The notes: a model not told the origin generated them from the letters alone. DNA of 64,000 nt from Armatimonadota bacterium (GCA_037444405.1 JBBIML010000009.1:150146-214145), one strand, 5' to 3'; counted from the first letter of the stretch, positions 1 through 9,733 are shown. Made by a program: numbers and translations.

Positions 1-2
1 TC

Positions 3-1643
3 CGTTTCCGCGACGCGCAGAACGGCTGGGTGGTGGGCCCCAAAGGGATGATGCTCGCGTCTACTGATGGCGGTCTCACCTGGCGCGTGGCAGGCAACGG
101 CATCGCGGACAATATTACCGACATTAAGATGGTCTCCCGCGCTTTCGGTTATGCCGTCACGCGCAACGCCTATGTGCTGCGCACGCGCGATGGCGGAGCG
201 CACTGGGATTTGCGCCACCTGAAGGTCACAGGCAATGTGTTTGGACATGCTGAAGGCTTGCAGGCGATCGATGTGGTCGATGACCAGTTCGCGGTTGCAG
301 CGGGCCTGGGCGGGATCGTGTTCAAAACAACCGATGGCGGCGAGACATGGCAGCCAATCGGCTATCCCACGCTCCCTGGACTTTTTGACATCTACGATGT
401 GCGCTTCACCAGCCGCCAGACAGGATGGGTCGTGGGGCTGGATAACGATCTGGGGCACTATCGTACCATCTATCGCACGACGGATGGCGGTCTAACCTGG
501 CAACTGGTTGTGCCTGTGCAGGCAGCGGTTCAATACAACGCGGTCGATTTCGTGGGCAACAGCGGCTGGATTGTTGGACCGCGCTCTTACATGCTGCGCA
601 CGACGGATGGGGGCAACACATGGCAGCAGGTGAACCTGCCTTACGGCAATGAAACCAATCTGCAATTCACCGATGTGGGCTTTGCAAATGAGCAGGTGGG
701 CTGGATGATTGGCACGGTGGGCTATGTGTTGCGCTCCACCGATGGCGGTCAGAGCTGGGTGCGCCAGAACCTCGGCACCAGTGAAGATTTAGCTGCGCTC
801 TATGTAGTGAGCGCGAGCGAGGCGTGGATTGCGGGCGCACTCGGCAGTATATTCCACACCACCGACGGCGGTCAGAGCTGGCTCCGTGAGCCGACGGGCT
901 ACCCCTCCTCGCTGGGGCTGAGCGCATTGCACGGCACACCCGACGGGCATCTGGTTGGCGGCGGCTATGCAGGCTTTCTGATAACGCGCCATCACGGTGA
1001 GCGGGTGACGGCGACCAGCTTCTCGGTGCCGTTCGGGCGAATGACGGCGGGCAATCTGGCTGCTCTGCAAAACAGCGACGAGACCTACCTGATGCTGGAG
1101 AGCCGCACGCCTGGTCAGTCAGGGGATCCCCATGCGCAGCTCGTCGTCGAAGGCACAGCCAGCCTGCGCCCCTGGTCGCTGCTCGCCTTTCGCTTCGAAG
1201 GGCGCACGAACGCCAGCCCCGCAACGGGCGTCAAGCAGGTGCTGGAACTGTTCAACTTCGCGACCAACCAGTGGGAGTTTCAGGAAGAGCGATTGGCGGA
1301 CAACTCGCTCGATGCCGTCTGGGAGACCATGCTCACGGAGCCGTCCCCCTACATTCAGGCGGGCACAGGGCGCGTGCGCGCTCGAATCAGCTGGTACAAG
1401 GTGGGCAATCTGAGCGCGGAGCCGTGGGTGATATGGGTCGACTATGTGCAGTGGAGCCTGTTGCCGACCGCGATTACGGGCGATGTGAATGGCGACGGCT
1501 GCGTGGACGACGCTGACCTGCTCGCGGTGCTGTTCGCGTTCGGGCAATCAGGTTCAGGCTTGCCCGAAGATGTGAACGGCGACGGTGTGGTGGACGACGC
1601 CGATTTGCTCACGGTGCTGTTCAACTTCGGGCAGGGCTGCTAA
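3..1643 (+). CDS. Secreted Ycf48/BNR (Asp-box) repeat beta-propeller protein with a ~150-aa beta domain and C-terminal dockerin-like tag; 5' end lies outside the window
   Basis: Frame is open from position 3 (RFRDAQNGWVVGP). Repeated (S/T)TDGGxxW Asp-box motifs; ends GDVNGDGCVDDADLL...DVNGDGVVDDADLLTVLFNFGQGC. Confidence 0.85.
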   Translation, partial: RFRDAQNGWVVGPKGMMLASTDGGLTWRVAGNGIADNITDIKMVSRAFGYAVTRNAYVLRTRDGGAHWDLRHLKVTGNVFGHAEGLQAIDVVDDQFAVAAGLGGIVFKTTDGGETWQPIGYPTLPGLFDIYDVRFTSRQTGWVVGLDNDLGHYRTIYRTTDGGLTWQLVVPVQAAVQYNAVDFVGNSGWIVGPRSYMLRTTDGGNTWQQVNLPYGNETNLQFTDVGFANEQVGWMIGTVGYVLRSTDGGQSWVRQNLGTSEDLAALYVVSASEAWIAGALGSIFHTTDGGQSWLREPTGYPSSLGLSALHGTPDGHLVGGGYAGFLITRHHGERVTATSFSVPFGRMTAGNLAALQNSDETYLMLESRTPGQSGDPHAQLVVEGTASLRPWSLLAFRFEGRTNASPATGVKQVLELFNFATNQWEFQEERLADNSLDAVWETMLTEPSPYIQAGTGRVRARISWYKVGNLSAEPWVIWVDYVQWSLLPTAITGDVNGDGCVDDADLLAVLFAFGQSGSGLPEDVNGDGVVDDADLLTVLFNFGQGC

Positions 1644-1651
1644 ATCGCGCC

Positions 1652-3427
1652 TTATGGTTTCGGCAGTCCGAGCGCGGTGAGCCACTCGGTGAGCTTGTGG
1701 CGGCGCAGGGCGTTATCTGCGGGCAGCTGGAGCGGTCGCCCGCGCGCGTCGACGATGATGCCCACCACGCCACCTTCCAGCACCACCTGTCGGGCGCGCC
1801 CTCTGCCCGCGCCGACATCGAAGCCCCGCGCCGGCTTCAGCACCGCCTCCAGCGTCTCGCCCACGCCCATCGGCAGCACGCGAATCTCGCCCACCTTGAA
1901 GGTCTCGCTCTTGCCGTTGTATTCGATGGTGAGGCACGGCTCGCCCTCCCTGCCCTGACCGACGGGCGCGACGCACGAACCCAGCCGAATGAGGCAGTCG
2001 CGGTCGAACACCTGCGCCGCCGCCTCCGGATGCACCGTCGACAGCACGCCCAGCTGCGGCATCATGAAGATGGAGTCGACCGCCAGCATCGTGACGCCTT
2101 CGGGCTGATAGGCGTCCATCATCATCAGCGCTGATTGTGCGCGGCGCGGGGCATGGCTCAGCACGCCGCCGCTGCCCACAATCATATCGAGGTGCATCAT
2201 GTCCACCAGCGTCTGACCCGTTTCGGTCTGCTCCAGCGCCTCGCCAATCGTGCGCTGTTGCTGAACGCCTTTCAGCCCGCGAGCGAGCTGCTTGTGATGC
2301 AGGAACGCCAGGCGCAGCGCCTCCCGCGCCACCGCCTGCTCCAGCAGCAGGTCATGATAGGTCTGCGGGATGGTGGTGGGGCGAATCATCTTGTTGCGCA
2401 GGCGGTTGCGAATCTCGTAGTCGTCCAGTTCGAAGGGCAGCCAGCGGCGGATGTTCGCCAGCCCCGCCTCCAGCATCACATTGCAGATGGAGTAGCTCAT
2501 GCCGAGATTCGCGCTCACCGTGCGCGTGTAGTTGCCGTTGAACACCGAGAACACATCGGTCGTCGCGCCGCCGATGTCCACGCCCAGAATGTTGATACCG
2601 CGCTGCTCGGCAATCGTCACCATAATCTTGCCGACGGCGTTCGGCGTGGACATAATATCGGCGGAGGTCCAGCTCATCAGCTTGGAGTAGCCGGGCGCCT
2701 GCTGCATCACATGCTCCAGAAACAGCTCATGGATGGCTTCGCGGGCGGGACCGAGGTTCTCGCGGTCGAGCGTCGGGCGCAGGTTGTCCACGATGCGCAG
2801 GTCGAACCGCTCGCCGAGGATGCGCTGAATCTCGTCGCGGGCGTCCCTGTTGCCTGCGAAGATGACGGGCAGTTTCATGGTGCCGAAGCGCGGGCGCGGG
2901 TCGGCAGCAATCAGCAGTTCCGCCAGCTCCACCAGGTGCGTCACGGTGCCGCCGTCTGTGCCGCCCGACAGCAGCACAATATCGGGGCGCAACTCGCGCA
3001 GGCGCTGAATCTTCTGATAATCTTTGCGTCCGTCATCGATAGCAATGACATCCATGATGATGGCGCCGGCGCCGAGTGCGGCACGCTGCGCGCTCTCGGC
3101 GGACATCTGGCGCACCACGCCCATCACCATCATCTGCAGCCCGCCACCCGCGCTGGAGGTCGACAGATAGAGATCAACGCCCTCCTTCTCGTTGCGCTGC
3201 GGGGTCAGGATCGTGCCGTTTTCGATGAGCTTGCGCCCCGTGAGATCTTCCACCTCGCGGGTGGCGTTCAGCACGCCAATCGTCACATCATCGAACGGCG
3301 CTTCGACGGTGGTGGGCGCCTCGCCGCGCGTCACCAGCCGGTACTCACCGTCCCGCCGCTCAATCAGTATCGCTTTGGTTGTCGTGCTGCCGCAGTCCGT
3401 CGCTAGAATCGAACGCACCTGTGTCAT
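1652..3427 (-). CDS. glmL: GlmL/MutL-like (glutamate mutase L family) actin-fold ATPase
   Basis: DCGSTTTKA phosphate-1 motif, SSAGGGL, LSGGTDGG, VDIGGATTDVFS and RTVSANLGMSYS motifs typical of the GlmL family. Confidence 0.8.
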   Translation of the reverse strand: MTQVRSILATDCGSTTTKAILIERRDGEYRLVTRGEAPTTVEAPFDDVTIGVLNATREVEDLTGRKLIENGTILTPQRNEKEGVDLYLSTSSAGGGLQMMVMGVVRQMSAESAQRAALGAGAIIMDVIAIDDGRKDYQKIQRLRELRPDIVLLSGGTDGGTVTHLVELAELLIAADPRPRFGTMKLPVIFAGNRDARDEIQRILGERFDLRIVDNLRPTLDRENLGPAREAIHELFLEHVMQQAPGYSKLMSWTSADIMSTPNAVGKIMVTIAEQRGINILGVDIGGATTDVFSVFNGNYTRTVSANLGMSYSICNVMLEAGLANIRRWLPFELDDYEIRNRLRNKMIRPTTIPQTYHDLLLEQAVAREALRLAFLHHKQLARGLKGVQQQRTIGEALEQTETGQTLVDMMHLDMIVGSGGVLSHAPRRAQSALMMMDAYQPEGVTMLAVDSIFMMPQLGVLSTVHPEAAAQVFDRDCLIRLGSCVAPVGQGREGEPCLTIEYNGKSETFKVGEIRVLPMGVGETLEAVLKPARGFDVGAGRGRARQVVLEGGVVGIIVDARGRPLQLPADNALRRHKLTEWLTALGLPKP

Positions 3428-3446
3428 CGCTGCTCTCCCGATTCTT

Positions 3447-4457
3447 CTATTGTACCTCGCGCGGCTCGATAATCAGCACGGGCTTGAAGACGGCGCGGGT
3501 CTCGGCGGCGTGAAAGGCGTCGTCCGCCTCCTCGAAGGCGTACAGGTGGGTCAGCGGGCGCAGCTGCAGGGCGTTTGAGGCGACCAGGCGCAGGCTCTGC
3601 TCCCACGCATGGTTGCTGGAGCGCGAGCCGATAACGGTCAGCTCTTTGAGCGTGATGGCGTACCAGTCCAGCGGCACGGGTTCGGGTCGATAGCCGAAGA
3701 CCACGATACGCCCCGCTTTGCGCGCGATTCGGACGCAGGTATCGGGCGCGTCGGGTGAGCCAGCCGCGTCGAGGACCACCGTCGCTTCGGGCAGCGGCTC
3801 GCTGGTGGGGTCTATTGTTTCCGCCCCGCTCAGCTGATGGGCGACCTCCCGCCGCTGGGGTAGCGGGTCAAGCCCGAAAAGTTGCTGCACGCCCCACAGG
3901 CGGGCGAGCTGGAGGAACACCTGCCCGAAGAAGCCCAGCCCGACGACGGCAAGGCTCTCATCGGGGCGCGGGTTCGCCAGATTCATCGCCGCGACACAGG
4001 TCGCCACCGGCTCAACCAGCGCGAACCGCCAGCGCTCGTCGGGCGAGATCCCCTCAGGCAGGCGGTAGAGGTTGCGCAGGGGCACGCGCAGGTACTCCGC
4101 GAAGCCGCCATCGACGCTGATGCCGATATGCTCCAGCCGCTCGCACAGGTTCAGCCGACCCCGACGGCAGAAGAAGCAGCCGCCGCACACAATCTGGGGA
4201 TCGACCACCGCCCATTCGCCCGCGCGATGGGCAGGCTGGACAATCTCGCCGACAATCTCGTGCCCCAATGTGAGCGCGTCGCCGCGCCAGTCGTGATGCC
4301 CGCGCTGTTTGAGATGGAGGTCAGTGCCGCACATGCCACAGGCATGCACGCGCAACAGAGCTTCGCCCTCATCTGGCACGGGCAATTTGATCACCTGCAT
4401 GCGCATCGTGCCGGGCGCAACGAGCCGATAGGCGCGCATGGTCGCTTCGCGCTTCAT
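3447..4457 (-). CDS. Zinc-dependent medium-chain alcohol/sugar dehydrogenase
   Basis: CGTDLH, GHE, structural Zn CxxCxxC...C (CGGCFFCRRGRLNLC), Rossmann GLGFFG. Confidence 0.92.
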   Translation of the reverse strand: MKREATMRAYRLVAPGTMRMQVIKLPVPDEGEALLRVHACGMCGTDLHLKQRGHHDWRGDALTLGHEIVGEIVQPAHRAGEWAVVDPQIVCGGCFFCRRGRLNLCERLEHIGISVDGGFAEYLRVPLRNLYRLPEGISPDERWRFALVEPVATCVAAMNLANPRPDESLAVVGLGFFGQVFLQLARLWGVQQLFGLDPLPQRREVAHQLSGAETIDPTSEPLPEATVVLDAAGSPDAPDTCVRIARKAGRIVVFGYRPEPVPLDWYAITLKELTVIGSRSSNHAWEQSLRLVASNALQLRPLTHLYAFEEADDAFHAAETRAVFKPVLIIEPREVQ

Positions 4458-6337
4458 GGCAGGGCGAACCGAAGCACCTCCTCCCGTGTCAGCGGCTGAT
4501 CCAATCCCGATGGATAGACCTCGAAAACGAACCTGCAGCCGCCAGCTGTGGGAATCTTGACCCCGTTCACCACAGGCTCCTTGAAAAAGTAGATGGCGGA
4601 CGCGAAGCCGCTCCGCTCCTGCTTAAGCGTCCGAACCGCGAGGGGTAGAGCGGTCGGCTCCAGCTGGAAGGCGACCGATTGCGGTTCACCAGTGAACCCT
4701 GTCCTGGAGGCGATGAAACCCATCTGGGCAGGAGTAAGCAGGGACTGCTCCAGACGCCGATACCGCTGGAGCGTGGCTCTTTGGGCAGGGGTCAGCGAGG
4801 CATAGAAGCGCAGCAGCTGGCGGATTGACCGACTTTTCAGCTCTGTTAGCGAATCGCCGAGCGCGTCGGTGAACAAGTGCTCGAAGTAGCCATACAGGTC
4901 TGTTATATCTACGCGATTAAGACGGGCGGCGAAAGTGGTGCGCCAGCACTCGCGCAACTGATCCAGACCGCGTATCTGCAGCGAGTTGAGCTCCATCGCC
5001 AGCTTCGACGCCGCCGAAAGGGAGAGAAGATAAGGGGTGTTCAACAGATTAAGAGTTGCCTCGTTCACATCCATCGCGCGTACGAAGGCAGGGCGTGCAA
5101 AGCGCAGCAATCGCCACGAGCCATCTATTTCCACCTTATAAATCTGCTCAGCAACATTAAGCAGCGCTTCCCACGAAGAGAGACTATTACTAGAGGCAAA
5201 CAGTCCAAACCATGGCGCGTTCCATTCCGCGACCAGGTTCAAATCGCTCACTTCGGCGTATCGAACCAGCAGTTCGGCGGGTAAATGCACCCAGTGAGCC
5301 AGTCGCTCAAAATCGGGCGGTTGGAGAGGCGCCTTCGGGCGCTTCAACAGGGCAGGATTGAATGTACGAACCGCATGAGCGCGCATGAACTGCTCCACAA
5401 GGCTTTGCGGATTAAGCGGATCGATCGGTGGACCACCCATAGCAAGCTCGATGCGACCTGTCTCCTGCCCGTCTCGCTGTTGAATCGCCTTGACGTGCAG
5501 AGTTAGCTGGTCTCCCACCTGGAGCATGAGATGCTGTTCACTAATCTCGAGCCCTGCACTCTGATACAGCTCCTTTTCTCTGGCGATGAGGTGCTGATAG
5601 CCGTCTGGCAGATAGGACAGCGGGAGTTCGAGGGAGCGTTTCTGGCGCAGGGTCTGCCACTGCTCGCTATCAAGCGCACGCAGAACATGCAGAAGCTCAT
5701 AGTTGCGCACAATCTGCTGGGCTACATCGATCAGGGTGGACTGATAAAGCGCCCGCAGGTTGCCCGTTTGTGGGGGTGTGGTCGGCTTCAGCAACGCCTT
5801 TAAGCGCGGGTCTGCGGCGCTATCGGGATTCTGAATTATTCGCTGATGCGCCTCGCGTGAGAGTGTAAACGCCGCGGGCGGAACCAAGGCAAGCGCTTCC
5901 TGAATCAGGTCAACTGGTTCCTTCTCTTCCAGCAGACGAACAAAGCGGGTCAACTGCTCCCGTTCGGTGCGCGCTCTGGCAGGCTCCGCTAAGAGATAGT
6001 ACATTCTGCCATCCTGCCGCTTGCCCCGCGTCCATTCAAAGCCGAGCGTGGTTGCCAGATGGCTGAGCAGCTCATGAAGCGGCTGTTCGCGCACGAAAAG
6101 GCATACGCGGAACTGCCCGGCGGTCGTGCCTGCGCGAAGATCAAGCCCTGTTTCCCGCGAAAGCTGGCGCATAAGCGATTGCAGCGTGATTGCGGGTTCA
6201 CGCAGGCTCACTTTTTGAAGCAGTCGCGGCTCGCGGTCGGGATCCAGCGCATTCTGCCCCGATGTCTGTCCAATAAGCGCCGCACAGATGAGCGATAGCC
6301 CCATTATCCAGACGGTGCGCCCCGCTTTCCCTGCCAT
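4454..6337 (-). CDS. Secreted hypothetical protein, N-terminal region resembling secretin-N/STN-type domains
   Basis: 627-aa ORF with signal-peptide-like N-terminus, SD-like GGAG and upstream GGTATAAT; ATGA overlap with the dehydrogenase. Domain call is tentative. Confidence 0.65.
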   Translation of the reverse strand: MAGKAGRTVWIMGLSLICAALIGQTSGQNALDPDREPRLLQKVSLREPAITLQSLMRQLSRETGLDLRAGTTAGQFRVCLFVREQPLHELLSHLATTLGFEWTRGKRQDGRMYYLLAEPARARTEREQLTRFVRLLEEKEPVDLIQEALALVPPAAFTLSREAHQRIIQNPDSAADPRLKALLKPTTPPQTGNLRALYQSTLIDVAQQIVRNYELLHVLRALDSEQWQTLRQKRSLELPLSYLPDGYQHLIAREKELYQSAGLEISEQHLMLQVGDQLTLHVKAIQQRDGQETGRIELAMGGPPIDPLNPQSLVEQFMRAHAVRTFNPALLKRPKAPLQPPDFERLAHWVHLPAELLVRYAEVSDLNLVAEWNAPWFGLFASSNSLSSWEALLNVAEQIYKVEIDGSWRLLRFARPAFVRAMDVNEATLNLLNTPYLLSLSAASKLAMELNSLQIRGLDQLRECWRTTFAARLNRVDITDLYGYFEHLFTDALGDSLTELKSRSIRQLLRFYASLTPAQRATLQRYRRLEQSLLTPAQMGFIASRTGFTGEPQSVAFQLEPTALPLAVRTLKQERSGFASAIYFFKEPVVNGVKIPTAGGCRFVFEVYPSGLDQPLTREEVLRFALP

Positions 6338-6405
6338 GACGCTCCACCTGCCCGATTATACCCCGTTCCGCTGTCATCATCCCCGACAGCAGCGCCCTTA
6401 CCCAA

Positions 6406-6426
6406 CCAGCCCGATTAGCGGGCTGG
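6406..6426 (-). terminator. GC-rich hairpin downstream of the AAA ATPase, possible terminator
   Basis: CCAGCCCG-attag-CGGGCTGG perfect 8-bp stem; U-tract is weak. Confidence 0.4.
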
Positions 6427-6451
6427 CGTCAGCAGCGACGGTCAGCGGTCT

Positions 6452-8014
6452 TTATTTATCATTTATCGCCGGATTACCCGACAACATATCGCTCAAGGGA
6501 GTGGTTCGTGCGCGGGATCGCTCGCCGTTGCTGGCGGGGCGGGCGCGGAGCTGTGCCCATGTGCGCAGCTCGTCGATCTCCTCGCGCATCATCACCGACA
6601 GTGGGATGGTGGCGCGAATCTCGCTCAGTAAATCGTCCATCGTGAGGTCGCGCCCCGCATCGAAGGCGGTGAACAGCGCGCCGATAATCACCTGCTCGAT
6701 TTCCGCGCCTGAAAAGCCTTCGGTCGCCTTCGCCAGCTTCTTGAGATTGAACCGGGCAGGGTCGCGATTCCGCTTGCGCAGGTGGATCGCGAAAATCTGC
6801 TCGCGCTCCGACGGCGTGGGCAAATCTAAAAAGAAAATCTCATCAAAGCGCCCTTTACGCAGCAGTTCAGGTGGCAACAGGGCGACATCGTTGGCGGTGG
6901 CGACCACGAACACGGGCGCCTTCTTCTCCTGCAGCCAGGTGAGGAAGGTGGCGAACACGCGCGCGGTGGTGCCCGCGTCCGACATGCCGGAACTCTGCAC
7001 GCCCGAAAAGCCCTTTTCCAGCTCGTCGATCCAGAGGATGCAGGGCGCGACGGCTTCGGCAGTGCGGATGGCGAGCCGGATGTTGGCTTCCGATGCGCCC
7101 ACGAGGCTGCCGAACACGCGCCCGACATCGAGGCGGAGCATGGGCAGCCCCCAGAGGTTGGCGATGGCTTTGGCGGTGAGGCTCTTGCCACAGCCCTGCA
7201 CGCCGAGCAGCAGCACGCCTTTGGGCGTGGGCAGTCCGAACGCGCGTGCCTGCTCCGAGAATGCCGCCCGCCGCTTGCGCAGCCACTCCTTGAGAACATT
7301 CAGCCCGCCGACATCCTCCATGCGCTCCTGCGCCGCATAATACTCCAGCACGCCCGACTTCCGCACTATCTGCTGCTTCTCGGTCAGAATCACCTCTGCT
7401 TTAAGCTGGCGGTGTTCAATAACGGAGCGGGCGCACACATTTTCGATCTCCTCCATCGTCAGCCCCTGCGCCGCCTGCACCAGCTCTTCGAACTCGTCGG
7501 GTGGCACATCGGTGGCGACGCCCGGCTTATCGCGCAGCATGAGCAAAATCTCGCGCAACTTGTGGGCAATCTCCTCGCGCGTGGGCAACGGCATCTCCAG
7601 CACGGTGAGCTCTTTTTCCAGTTCAGGGGGCAGTTTCAGAAGGGGACTCAGCAGGATCAGCGTGCGCCCCGATGAGTGCAATCGCGGCACCAGATCACGC
7701 AGCAGCCGAATCACGCGCGAATCGTTCAGATAGGGATGGAAATCTTTGAGCAGCAGGATGGCATTTTCGGTGGGGCGGAACAGCTGAAGCAACGCTTCGA
7801 TATCGGGCGAGACGCGCTCGTGTCGTTCGCCTTCTGCGGGCAGGGGCGGCTCGTAGCCGCGCGTGAGCGTCCACACATGCAGGCGCTTCTGCACGCGGTG
7901 CGCCACCAATCGCACCAGCTCTTCGGCGCGGCGCTCCTCCGCTGTGAGCAGGTAAATCAGCGGGTAGCGGGCCCGAATCAGCACCTCCAGCTCGCGCTCG
8001 AAAGCGGTTTCCAT
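6452..8014 (-). CDS. Ycf46-like AAA+ ATPase
   Basis: N-terminal LIRARYPLIY and LKDFH degenerate AAA module, Walker A GVQGCGKS, Walker B LWIDELEK, PELLRKGRFDEIFF. Confidence 0.9.
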   Translation of the reverse strand: METAFERELEVLIRARYPLIYLLTAEERRAEELVRLVAHRVQKRLHVWTLTRGYEPPLPAEGERHERVSPDIEALLQLFRPTENAILLLKDFHPYLNDSRVIRLLRDLVPRLHSSGRTLILLSPLLKLPPELEKELTVLEMPLPTREEIAHKLREILLMLRDKPGVATDVPPDEFEELVQAAQGLTMEEIENVCARSVIEHRQLKAEVILTEKQQIVRKSGVLEYYAAQERMEDVGGLNVLKEWLRKRRAAFSEQARAFGLPTPKGVLLLGVQGCGKSLTAKAIANLWGLPMLRLDVGRVFGSLVGASEANIRLAIRTAEAVAPCILWIDELEKGFSGVQSSGMSDAGTTARVFATFLTWLQEKKAPVFVVATANDVALLPPELLRKGRFDEIFFLDLPTPSEREQIFAIHLRKRNRDPARFNLKKLAKATEGFSGAEIEQVIIGALFTAFDAGRDLTMDDLLSEIRATIPLSVMMREEIDELRTWAQLRARPASNGERSRARTTPLSDMLSGNPAINDK

Positions 8015-8090
8015 CCGTCTGCAGGAGATTGTACCTGAAGGGCGAACTGAACTTTTGGGATAGGGAGAGCTGACTCCTGTTGAGAAACCG

Positions 8091-8957
8091 ATGCAGGATG
8101 ACCGCTGGCTAAGTGTAGAGGTGCTGGCGCCGCCCGATTTGTGGGAGGCGGTGGCGGCGGTGCTGATGGAACACGGCTGTACAGGGCTGATTCGCGCAGA
8201 GGCGCCCCCGCGCGTGGTGGGCTACCTGCCCGAATCGCAGGTGGAGCAGCTGATGCCAATCCAGGAACGGCTCCATCAGTTCCCGCAGTTCGGGTTGCCG
8301 CCCGTGATTGCGGTGCAGATTGCGCCCGTACAGGCGCGCGACTGGCAGACTGCCTGGCGACGCTATTTCCGCAGCCGACGCTACGGGCAACGCCTGCGCG
8401 TGCAACCCTCATGGAGCCAGCGCCAGCCGCAACCCGACGAAATCACTATCATTTTAGACCCCGGCATGGCGTTCGGCACGGGCAATCATCCGACCACCGC
8501 GCTCTGCCTGGAACTGCTGGACAGATATGTTCAGGCGGGTTCGCGCGTGGCGGACATCGGCACGGGCACGGGGATACTAGCTATCGCGGCGGCGAAGCTC
8601 GGCGCACAGGAAGTGGTCGCCGTCGATAACGACCCGCTAACCGTGCTGGTGGCGCGCGGCAATATCGAGCGCAACGGCGTCGCGAATCGCGTGCAGGTGC
8701 TGGAGGGTGATGGCTGGAGCGTTCTGCAGGGACAGTTCGACCTGATTGTCTGCAATATCCTGAGCGAGTTCCTGATTCAGACCGCGCCGCTCGTGCCGCG
8801 CTATTTGCGGGAGGGCGGGCTTTATATTGTGTCGGGTTTCATCGGGCGCAACGGACGCAGGGTGCGACGGGCGCTCGAGAAGGCGGGCTTGAGGCTGGAG
8901 GAGGTGCGTAAACGGCGCTCATGGGTCGCCGCCGTGTTTCGTCGCCCGAAGGGCTGA
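8091..8957 (+). CDS. prmA: Ribosomal protein L11 methyltransferase
   Basis: LDPGMAFGTGNHPTT, DIGTGTGILA, NIL motifs. Confidence 0.96.
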   Translation: MQDDRWLSVEVLAPPDLWEAVAAVLMEHGCTGLIRAEAPPRVVGYLPESQVEQLMPIQERLHQFPQFGLPPVIAVQIAPVQARDWQTAWRRYFRSRRYGQRLRVQPSWSQRQPQPDEITIILDPGMAFGTGNHPTTALCLELLDRYVQAGSRVADIGTGTGILAIAAAKLGAQEVVAVDNDPLTVLVARGNIERNGVANRVQVLEGDGWSVLQGQFDLIVCNILSEFLIQTAPLVPRYLREGGLYIVSGFIGRNGRRVRRALEKAGLRLEEVRKRRSWVAAVFRRPKG

Positions 8958-9712
8958 GCGCGCGGGGGCTACCCCGCTTCTTTGTGCCGCCTGAAACGCT
9001 GGAGGACGGCATATTGCCGCCCGATGTTGCCCATCAGGTGCGCCATGTGCTGCGCCTGCGCGAGGGCGACGCCATCTGCCTGCTGGACAACACGGGCTGG
9101 GCGTACCATGTGCGACTGCAAGCGTCAGCCCATCAGTTGCGATTCACCGTCGTGGGGCGTGAGCCACTGGCAACCGAGCTGCCGATAGCGGTGCATATTT
9201 TGCAGGCGATGGTGCGCGCGGAGAAGGCGGAGCAGGTGGTGCGCCTCTGCACGGCGGGCGGAGTGACCCGGATTCTGTTCGCGCCTGCCGAGCGCTCGCT
9301 GGTCACGCTCGATGCGGACAAGCGGGCGACACGGGAGCGACGCTGGCAGTCAATCGCCCGCGAGGAGGCAGAGGTCGCCTGTCGCGCCCGCTACCCTGCC
9401 GTCCAGATTCTGGGCGACTGGTTCTCGGCGATGGAGCGCCTGCCGCATCCGCGCCTGCTGCTGGACGAACATGAGGGGGTTCCGCTGTTGAGTTCGGTTT
9501 TGAGAAATTTGGTGGTGCCCTCATCCCAACAGAGGGTGAGGGCGCTCACGCTCATCATCGGTCCAGAGGGCGGTTTCACCCCCCGCGAGCGGGAGCAGAT
9601 GGTCTCCGAATATGCCTGTATCCCCGTTTCACTGGGGAATCGTGTCCTGCGCACCGAGATTGCGGCTTTCTACGCGCTCGCCCAGACCGCTCTCCTACTG
9701 GAGAACCGCTGA
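8921..9712 (+). CDS. rsmE: 16S rRNA m3U1498 methyltransferase (start uncertain; possibly CTG at 8954)
   Basis: HQVRHVLRL, IIGPEGGF, LGNRVLRTEIA SPOUT motifs; follows prmA. Confidence 0.93.
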   Translation: MGRRRVSSPEGLSARGLPRFFVPPETLEDGILPPDVAHQVRHVLRLREGDAICLLDNTGWAYHVRLQASAHQLRFTVVGREPLATELPIAVHILQAMVRAEKAEQVVRLCTAGGVTRILFAPAERSLVTLDADKRATRERRWQSIAREEAEVACRARYPAVQILGDWFSAMERLPHPRLLLDEHEGVPLLSSVLRNLVVPSSQQRVRALTLIIGPEGGFTPREREQMVSEYACIPVSLGNRVLRTEIAAFYALAQTALLLENR

Positions 9713-9733
9713 ATCAAGGTACAATTCGAAGCG

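Noticed and set aside
3..8014. Photosynthesis locus implied by Ycf48-like and Ycf46-like proteins
   Set aside because: Both are generic families found in non-phototrophs, and no reaction-centre or pigment genes are present.
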